Of a DNA stretch of 33,743 nt, positions 27,801 through 33,743 are shown in pieces. Positions within the stretch are counted from its first letter, which is position 1; every line of letters starts with the position of its first letter. The translations under genes and the position numbers were made by a program. The stretch is taken from positions 1 through 33,743 of the forward strand of contig MNWS01000226.1 of NCBI GenBank assembly GCA_001872685.1. Reading direction: 5' to 3'. Origin of the DNA: Fidelibacterota bacterium CG1_02_48_14 (GTDB lineage Bacteria > Fidelibacterota > UBA8477). The notes beneath the pieces were generated by a model. That model worked only from the letters and a program-made list of their open reading frames with translations, had not been told where the DNA came from and made no database searches.

Positions 27801-30051
27801 GGGGGAAGGTTTCCCCATCGAACAATTGTATGCTCAGCGCAAGCAGGTTTTGGCGGGGACGGAGAGAATTGCAGAGGTTCTAAAAGAACGTCAGGCGCAA
27901 CTGCGGCATATTCTGCTGAAAGAGACCCGGGAAATTCTCATACAACTCAGCCATACGGCCGATCATATAGATTCGAATCATTGGGTTCCGAAGGAATTCA
28001 AACCCAATAAGCAGTCCATGACGGTTTCTGACACTCTCACGGAATTGTCGGAACGCTGGTTCGGGAATCAGGCTGATTTCCTGGAAATGGCCGTCCTGGA
28101 TGTCCAATTATTAGCGTTACAAAATCGGCTGGGAACGATTGTCGAGCGGATGAAAGATGACGTAACCCTTCGCATCCAAAATACGGTTTTGGGTGAGTTG
28201 GCCGGTTTGCGGGACGAGCTGAATACCCTCAAAGCGAGCGCATCGAAAAATTCACCGGTTCGAAACAACCATTTCACCTACGATGCTCCGGTCCCGCTGG
28301 ACCCCATCGCTGTCATGAACGAATTGTTAGTGGAAGTACATGCCGCTACCAGGGATTTACCCGAGAATGTTGATGTCATCAGCGAAGCGGCCATGAATGA
28401 TCTGGAAGCTCATCAGTTCGAGGAACAGGAGGTTCTGACAATCGCTTTGCGACGCCTGGCTGAATACATTGTGGAATCAGAATTCCTGGGACCCCTCCAG
28501 GAACGGATGAATCAATTACCAAATATTTTTCAGGGAGCACAGACTGTCGCTCAGGATGTCTTGCGCTTGACGACATTCGATTTGATTGAGACCGAAAGCA
28601 ATGAGACGCTCACCGATTTCGCACAGCATGAGACGCGGCAGAAAATTCTCATCAACGGTGATAATCGACTCGCAGAGGAACTAACCCGGATACAGCAGGT
28701 ACAGGATGATTTGGGAACCTTCATTCAGCAGCAGTTCAGGAAAACCAAAGATCAATTGAATCCGTATAGTATTGTTCATTCAGCGGACACTTACCAGCAA
28801 TACATTCGCGGCCGCCGAACCCGGGGTGTGGTCACACGTTTTCAGCGCACCCGCCTGCAAGTGGAGCGCTTCACCACTGAAAAATTTGTGCAATTGCTGT
28901 ATCGGCGGAGTGAAGGCGTTCTTTTCGCGCGCCGACTCCAGGCCGACAAACAATCGTCACAAACGATTACTGATAAAATGCTGAATTTGTTGGATCAGGT
29001 GACACCGAAGCCGGAAATCGTTGAGAATTTGCCTTTTTACTACAAACAACTCTTTTTGGGCAAACCGACTATAACGAACGATTTTTGGATAGGTCGCGAG
29101 CACGAATTAGAGCTCGCCGATAAGGCGGTTGGCCGATTCAACCGGGGCTATGGTGGTGCTCTGTTCATTATTGGTGAAGAGCACATGGGCAAATCGGCGT
29201 TGGCACAATTCATCGCCTCCCGGCATTATGAAAAGCATCGTATTTTCACCATCAACCCGCCGGACAGCGGTAGTACATCGCTGGAAGAATTCACCCGGCG
29301 GCTGCAACAAGCGGTTGAGATGACCAGTGGACCGGATGAAATATTGGGTCAGTTGACCAATAGGAATGTGGTGGTTTTTAATGATGTTGAATTGTGGTGG
29401 GAGCGGAGTGATTCAGGTTGGGCGGTGTTGCAGGAGCTACTAAATCTTATTCGACAATACAGTCGCCAAACACTGATGATCCTGAACCTGAATCAGTACA
29501 CCTACAATTTTCTGGCACCCATGTGTGACTTTCAGGAATTAGCCTTAAGTGTCATCGAATGTGAGCCCTATGACGCTGAGGAGCTGAAAAATATCATTCT
29601 GTTACGTCATCGTTCCACGGGTCTGCGATTCGAATGGGATGGCATTGAGGATGCAGATATTTCCGAATGGAAGTTGGCTAAGTTGTTCACGGGACTCTTT
29701 GACTATTCCCGGGGCAATGTAGGTGCTGCCTTGCGTGCCTGGATAGCGGCTATTCATAAAAATACCAAGGGGAAACTAATTCTAAAATTGCGGCCCTATC
29801 CGGATACCAGCGCTCTGCGTGGACTGGATGTGGAATCAATCACGCTAATGCTCCAATTCGTCCTGCATAAGCGCATGAATCGAGAGAAAATTGCCCGCAT
29901 TACGAGGTGGTCAACAGATCAGATTGAGAATCAAATCCAGTTCCTGCAAAACACCGGATTGATAACGACCCAGGCGCAGGAAGTCCTGATTATCAACCCC
30001 TACCTGGAGTCTTTCCTCATTCGTAATCTGAAAGAGCGGGGGTACCTGTAA
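24880..30051 (+). CDS. Cation-chloride cotransporter (SLC12/CCC-like) fused to a long helical region, a P-loop NTPase and a putative winged helix
   Basis: CCC motifs FGTFSGVFTP..LTILGVIMYMR, GGTYYMISRSLG, YFPAVTG, SGDLKDP, GAPRILQA, NWRP, DIWW. Walker A GEEHMGKS at 29173-29196 and Walker B-like VVVFNDVE. One uninterrupted 1723-aa frame. Confidence 0.9.
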   Translation: MAHANKFGTFSGVFTPAILTILGVIMYMRLPSIVGQVGLIATLGIILLAHVISVTTGLSVSSIATDKKVKAGGTYYMISRSLGLPIGGTLGLALFVGLSFSVSLYIIGFSESFINFWGWSINKNTIRLVGSGVLVLVTTVTFISTALAIKTQYFIMAAIVLSLASIFLGSHGTTSVPHIALPTTAVPLVVLFAIYFPAVTGFEAGVSMSGDLKDPKRSIPIGTITAISVGLVVYVTMAIFFAYRVDPDELVNNPNVLLEISLFPPLVLAGIWGATISSALGSILGAPRILQAISADRITPRIFATGVGKENEPRNALLLTFMIAEVGILIGELDVIARVVTMFFIMTYGFLNTSCAIESWASPDFRPDFKIPKTVSIIGALAAFLVMIQLDFVAMIGATLILGALFFYLKRRELTLESGDTWEGVWSSLVRTALHRLSKGEVHQRNWRPNLILFSGGKGARPHLVELGRWLVARRGILSDFQLIENPKVSSLVIRNRKEIELANAAIPEEENFTGRFVRRAETNDIYATMQEIVKFYGFAGVEPNSVLLGWGRNSREPKKFVDVLATLQQMDYNVLLLDHDDVRGFGDHASVDIWWRGGGNNISLALALIRFLASSDDWREANIRLLIVNDDESALRETILKHANNILEEYRLDADVKVINNAIEQKNFQEIIRVESAHSDFTIIGIPPLNTRDPLSYVDFVNQIANDLGSVLLIHASSFFEELYVGINQESTAAPDEINILAMESSNLPVVVPPRAELTASAIERLTAALDQMNIRLTDQHLYKVISQQLALIGQFQDLTERSFDALERNFTKDARLRNRRALLRVNSDFLFQAQRLLTEFRQTDLPLQKAALTDGVEHHRSQIKELIAAQPGSITLAFTRSEYRSAKESGYLMRQYQFWKRFSAKLSRKNVISHQVKFRELVAGQLANKYDPMLLSVLERFGIYSYQTVADLQKAISLVRESFGILENRILAGEGFPIEQLYAQRKQVLAGTERIAEVLKERQAQLRHILLKETREILIQLSHTADHIDSNHWVPKEFKPNKQSMTVSDTLTELSERWFGNQADFLEMAVLDVQLLALQNRLGTIVERMKDDVTLRIQNTVLGELAGLRDELNTLKASASKNSPVRNNHFTYDAPVPLDPIAVMNELLVEVHAATRDLPENVDVISEAAMNDLEAHQFEEQEVLTIALRRLAEYIVESEFLGPLQERMNQLPNIFQGAQTVAQDVLRLTTFDLIETESNETLTDFAQHETRQKILINGDNRLAEELTRIQQVQDDLGTFIQQQFRKTKDQLNPYSIVHSADTYQQYIRGRRTRGVVTRFQRTRLQVERFTTEKFVQLLYRRSEGVLFARRLQADKQSSQTITDKMLNLLDQVTPKPEIVENLPFYYKQLFLGKPTITNDFWIGREHELELADKAVGRFNRGYGGALFIIGEEHMGKSALAQFIASRHYEKHRIFTINPPDSGSTSLEEFTRRLQQAVEMTSGPDEILGQLTNRNVVVFNDVELWWERSDSGWAVLQELLNLIRQYSRQTLMILNLNQYTYNFLAPMCDFQELALSVIECEPYDAEELKNIILLRHRSTGLRFEWDGIEDADISEWKLAKLFTGLFDYSRGNVGAALRAWIAAIHKNTKGKLILKLRPYPDTSALRGLDVESITLMLQFVLHKRMNREKIARITRWSTDQIENQIQFLQNTGLITTQAQEVLIINPYLESFLIRNLKERGYL

Positions 30052-30785
30052 TGGATATGCTCTCCTTTGATGTCTCTGAATATCTCATCGTGAAATATGT
30101 GCTGCTGGGGTTGTTACTGGTGGGTGTATTGATTGGACTGCGGAAGGGTTTGCATCTGATCCAACTGAAGCCAACGACGCGTGAACGCATTGATCGCTCG
30201 TTGCCTCTGGTGGAAGCACTGATGGGATTGATTTTCATCGTCCTCGCGGCTCACTCGATTTTTCAAAACCAACCAACTTATTTCATGGTGCTATTTAGCG
30301 CGATTCTTGTCATTCTGGTTTGGAGCTTTTGGTTCGCCATTCAGGATTTTGTCAGTGGTCTGATTTTGAAATGGGAGGACACTTACACGGTAGGTGATCT
30401 GCTCACAGTCGAATCGGAGACGGGTCGGGTAATCCGGGTCGGGTACCGTTCCTTGATGATTGAAACAGCGGATGGTCAACGCATCAAGTTCCCCTATTCG
30501 CATTTGACCCGAACCCAGGTTCACAAGCTGGATGCAGATGAAGTGGTCTGGGCACACACATTCCAAATGGCGGTTCCATTAATGGATGCTCCCGAAGTAA
30601 TGATGAAGCGAATCATTCTGGCTGCGACTAATGTCGTTTGGTCGGCGGTCAATCGGGTTCCACAGGTCGTCTTCCAGGGGGTTCAGAATGGTGTGCAACT
30701 ATTTGAAATTACAGTATATGTGCTGGATCCTAACCGCCGCAGTACCATCGAGTCGCGTATACGGGAATCGCTGGGTAACACATAA
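30051..30785 (+). CDS. MscS-family mechanosensitive ion channel domain protein
   Basis: 3 TMs, then QDFVSGLIL...VGDLLTV..ETGRVIRVGYRSLMIETADGQRIKFPYS. ATG overlaps the upstream TAA (TAATG). Confidence 0.88.
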   Translation: MDMLSFDVSEYLIVKYVLLGLLLVGVLIGLRKGLHLIQLKPTTRERIDRSLPLVEALMGLIFIVLAAHSIFQNQPTYFMVLFSAILVILVWSFWFAIQDFVSGLILKWEDTYTVGDLLTVESETGRVIRVGYRSLMIETADGQRIKFPYSHLTRTQVHKLDADEVVWAHTFQMAVPLMDAPEVMMKRIILAATNVVWSAVNRVPQVVFQGVQNGVQLFEITVYVLDPNRRSTIESRIRESLGNT

Positions 30786-30799
30786 AATTACCGGCTTAC

Positions 30800-30840
30800 A
30801 AATAAAAAAATGCCGACGCAAAGGTCGGCATTTTTTATTT
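30800..30840. terminator. Bidirectional intrinsic terminator
   Basis: AAAAAATGCCGAC-GCAAAG-GTCGGCATTTTTT between convergent genes. Confidence 0.92.
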
Positions 30841-30863
30841 CATTCAGGGTGTCGTTGTTACGG

Positions 30864-32216
30864 TTATTTATTTTTAAAATCGGTCTTTTCTGGCGAGAGT
30901 CTAAAGACGACCGGAATGGTAATCACAGCCTCAACGGGTTGGTTGTGCAGCATCGCCGGATTCCAGGTAACTTTCTCGATTGCCGCCACAGCAGCTTCAT
31001 TCAATCCACCTTCCGGGATACCCCTGACCACCTGCGATTGAACGGCTGCGCCAGTAATGGAAATTTTTGTCTGAACAATGACGGTTCCTTGAATGCCGGC
31101 TTTTCTCGCCAAATCCGGATATTGAACCGCTCTTTGAATCGCACCGTAACCACCCAATGGCTCCGGTGGCGTATCGAAGTTCACTGCGATGCTATCTTCC
31201 ATTGTCTTGGCAAGTGAATGATCCGACTCCGAATGCGCGGTGAGGCGATCATCCTTACCCATGTTACAACTCACAACCAATGCCAATACAACGACCATTC
31301 CCATGAGCATTTTATGATACATCTTAAGTCCCTCCTCCAAATCTGATTGTTTGCGGACGATATATTCAAACCGCCTTACCAGGCTGTGTTTGGTGAAAAA
31401 AAATCCACTGGCTAACACGGCATGGTGGACATGATTGGTGGATCGTTCAAGCTGATTCAGCAAATTCCGACCGTAGCCTTTGCGATCCGCATTAGTCGCG
31501 CGGATGGCAGCGTCGTCACAAATGCGCTCGCGTTCCAAATCCATCTGGTCATTCAACAACCAAATGGCAGGATGAAACCAATAGATCATTTTAACGATGG
31601 CTTGCAGATGAATCACCGCGAGATCCAGTCGTCTGATGTGAGCCATTTCATGGGCGATGACGCTGAGTATTTCGGAATCTGACCAATTTACAACGGTGTC
31701 TGGCAGGTAAATCCGGGGTCTTAATAATCCCAGTGAGAATGGATTTTGAACGTCCGGCGAAATCAGGATGAAGGGCGTTCGGGAAAGCTTCTGACTGGTG
31801 AGAAAGGCGTTGATGCGAGTCGGGACGATCCAAGGTGTTGCATCTCCAAGGGTCTTTCGGAATCGGATGTCATTCACCACCAATCTGACCAGGAAAAACA
31901 TCGCACCACCTAACCACAGACTGACGATCAATAGTGCTATAGTTATCGTTGAGTTACTGCCACCGCCTAAAGTAACCTGGGGAAGTTGGGTGATAAAATT
32001 CGCTGACTGACGCTGAATGGTTGTATTTACAAGTTCTATTGGCAGGTTGAAGGGCAACAGTGCCTTAAGAAGCAAAATACTCCATAATCCGTAAGCAAAT
32101 TCAGGATGCGAATTTCTGCTGATTCTTGAAATTGGCCAGATAAGGAGTGTCAGAAATGCCAGTTGCCAGGATGATTGCCAAAGCATGGATAACACAGTGG
32201 AGAAAAAATCAACCAT
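30864..32216 (-). CDS. BlaR1-type M56 metallopeptidase fused to a TonB C-terminal domain
   Basis: GLLRPRIYLP, HEMAH zinc motif, YWFHP, ERICD. C-terminal YPDLARKAGIQGTV...GLNEAAVAA...WNPA...IPVVFRL (TonB_C). Confidence 0.9.
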   Translation of the reverse strand: MVDFFSTVLSMLWQSSWQLAFLTLLIWPISRISRNSHPEFAYGLWSILLLKALLPFNLPIELVNTTIQRQSANFITQLPQVTLGGGSNSTITIALLIVSLWLGGAMFFLVRLVVNDIRFRKTLGDATPWIVPTRINAFLTSQKLSRTPFILISPDVQNPFSLGLLRPRIYLPDTVVNWSDSEILSVIAHEMAHIRRLDLAVIHLQAIVKMIYWFHPAIWLLNDQMDLERERICDDAAIRATNADRKGYGRNLLNQLERSTNHVHHAVLASGFFFTKHSLVRRFEYIVRKQSDLEEGLKMYHKMLMGMVVVLALVVSCNMGKDDRLTAHSESDHSLAKTMEDSIAVNFDTPPEPLGGYGAIQRAVQYPDLARKAGIQGTVIVQTKISITGAAVQSQVVRGIPEGGLNEAAVAAIEKVTWNPAMLHNQPVEAVITIPVVFRLSPEKTDFKNK

Positions 32217-32604
32217 TTTGATCCTCCGCTTCCTTCAGCATTTGCCGGATGACTAGAATATCCTCCGGTTGCAAATTGATATTAGGCAGAAGAAAAGCGG
32301 CCAGCCGGCTGGCAGATCCACCAAAAACCTGGTTTACGAAGTGGCTTGTCGCGCCTTCGACGACGCTGGAACGGTTCACCGTGGCGGTATAGAAATTCAC
32401 CAGCCCAAGTTTTTCCTTTTGCAGGTAACCCTTTTCCACGAGACGCTCCAAATAGGTCTGAATGGTTGTATAAGCGCGCCGGTGTTCAACCGGTAAAGCC
32501 TCCATGACCTCTCTGGCGGTCTGTCGACTCTTCTCCCAAATTCGATTCATGATAGTCCACTCGAATTTACTCAACGGTTCAAGATTTTTCTGCCTGTGGC
32601 CCAT
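32209..32604 (-). CDS. BlaI/MecI/CopY family transcriptional repressor
   Basis: LSKFEWTIMNRIW, AYTTIQTYLERLVEKGY, FVNQVFGGS. AGGAG RBS. 8-nt overlap with the M56 gene. Confidence 0.93.
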   Translation of the reverse strand: MGHRQKNLEPLSKFEWTIMNRIWEKSRQTAREVMEALPVEHRRAYTTIQTYLERLVEKGYLQKEKLGLVNFYTATVNRSSVVEGATSHFVNQVFGGSASRLAAFLLPNINLQPEDILVIRQMLKEAEDQNG

Positions 32605-32616
32605 GCGACTACTCTC

Positions 32617-32628
32617 CTACAGTTGTAG
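32617..32628. promoter_or_regulatory. BlaI-family operator palindrome
   Basis: CTACA-GT-TGTAG matches the established TACAnnTGTA BlaI/MecI/CopY box. It lies between the putative -10 and the RBS of the repressor gene. Confidence 0.85.
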
Positions 32629-32629
32629 T

Positions 32630-32658
32630 ATAATAGCGACATCTTTCGGAGGATGCAA
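32630..32658 (-). promoter_or_regulatory. Putative sigma70 promoter of the blaI-M56 operon
   Basis: Minus strand TTGCAT-N17-TATTAT immediately upstream of the operator. Confidence 0.55.
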
Positions 32659-32751
32659 AACAATTTTTGGTGTTCGGCCCATCAGGGGTCGATTTTTTTA
32701 AAATCAATTCCAGTCTTTGACCAAAGTGGCTGATTTTAAAAATATCGAATA

Positions 32752-33636
32752 TCAGCCAGGAAGGTGGGCGAGCAGTTCGCGGATTTTCTTTATCGTGATT
32801 GGCGCGGAACCTTCGTAGTGATTGTTGATGTTGAGGAATACATTGACGCGATTTTGACGCAAATGCTGGATCATCTTCACAATGGTTTCCAGCTCATCAT
32901 CCTTAGGCCGTAACACCCGGCTCCAGTCTCCGCCACTTTCATTTTCAATGCCACTCCGATCGGGACCGTGCAATCGAATGACCACATTCCCCGCCAATGA
33001 CGGATAAATCTTCCGGTAGGTCTCTACAATATTCGGCATGTAGTACCCATGCAGCAATACAGGTGTAAGGTTGAGTTCCCTGAGCCAGTCAAAGAATCGG
33101 CGGTTCAAATAGTTGGGATTACGAATTTCCACGGCGTGGATCAGGTTCGGGGGCAGGTGTTCGGCAAATGTTTGAAACCGGCGTTGGAAGTCTGTCTGAC
33201 TTGGCATTTTATGCTTATTCAAATATTCAAATTGATACAGCAACGCGCCGATTTTCGTGCCAAAAGGTTCGAGCTGATGCAGCGTCGTTTTAAGTAAGTC
33301 GGGTGACAGAAAGTGCGGATTGGTTTCCAATTCGTCTGAGGGCTTTTTTCGATAAAAGTGTGTCAGCGTCAGGCTGTTTGGCATTTTGATCGTGAACCGA
33401 AAATTGTCCGGAACGCTGGCGGCGTAATCTTCGACAATCTGTGGATCCGGCAACACCACCTTATCCGTTCCAAATAGCGACCAAAACCATTGGTCAATCT
33501 CAACGGTATCGAAAATCTGGGAATATGCCGTCAGGTAATCCCGGTTTTTGATCGTTTCGTCCGAATAAACCAATCCACGCCAGGAATCATATTTCCAGCT
33601 ACAGGTGCCTATTCGTAGTGTCCCGAGTTCAGGCAT
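32752..33636 (-). CDS. DUF72 (YecE-like) domain protein
   Basis: RIGTCSWKY..W.G.VY, FDTVEID, FRFTIK, LTH, LLYQF, AVEIRN, IRLHG, NNHYEGSA. Confidence 0.92.
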   Translation of the reverse strand: MPELGTLRIGTCSWKYDSWRGLVYSDETIKNRDYLTAYSQIFDTVEIDQWFWSLFGTDKVVLPDPQIVEDYAASVPDNFRFTIKMPNSLTLTHFYRKKPSDELETNPHFLSPDLLKTTLHQLEPFGTKIGALLYQFEYLNKHKMPSQTDFQRRFQTFAEHLPPNLIHAVEIRNPNYLNRRFFDWLRELNLTPVLLHGYYMPNIVETYRKIYPSLAGNVVIRLHGPDRSGIENESGGDWSRVLRPKDDELETIVKMIQHLRQNRVNVFLNINNHYEGSAPITIKKIRELLAHLPG

Positions 33637-33679
33637 GGGGAAAAATAGGAATTATGGGGCGGGGGAGAAATACGGAATC

Positions 33680-33719
33680 AGTAGAAAAGTAGGAAAGTAG
33701 GGAAGTAGGAAAGTGGAAA
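33680..33719. repeat. Degenerate purine-rich octamer tandem run (5 units)
   Basis: AGTAGAAA AGTAGGAA AGTAGGGA AGTAGGAA AGTGGAAA. Confidence 0.75.
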
Positions 33720-33743
33720 CTGGAAAAGGGGGGAGTTGTGAAA

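Noticed and set aside
30864-32604. Beta-lactam resistance locus
   Set aside because: No penicillin-binding sensor domain, beta-lactamase or mecA-like gene is present.

Overview
Gene-dense bacterial window, probably from an FCB-superphylum anaerobe such as Marinimicrobia (inferred from the T9SS/FlgD-type C-terminal domain, the TonB fusion and the gene set). Left to right: (1) the tail of an uncharacterised membrane-protein operon built around a DUF6754-type gene, running into a lone OppD-like ATPase, an ABC-2 pair and an NDT-like gene; (2) hup and alr; (3) a peptidoglycan/amino-sugar cluster (GT2, ROK, SpoIID/LytB, NamZ, secreted GH18, second NamZ); (4) a composite non-coding array of heptamer runs and two hairpin types in 219-bp tandem units between convergent genes; (5) a multi-PAS/GAF hybrid histidine kinase, a MazG-like pyrophosphatase and a stand-alone receiver; (6) a 1723-aa cation-chloride cotransporter (SLC12-like) fused to a long helical region, a P-loop NTPase and a putative winged helix, coupled to an MscS-family gene; (7) blaI plus a BlaR1(M56)-TonB fusion with a TACAnnTGTA operator, then a DUF72 gene. 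The best candidates for undescribed systems are the CCC-NTPase/MscS pair and the DUF6754 operon. All family calls come from reading motifs by eye; no searches were run.
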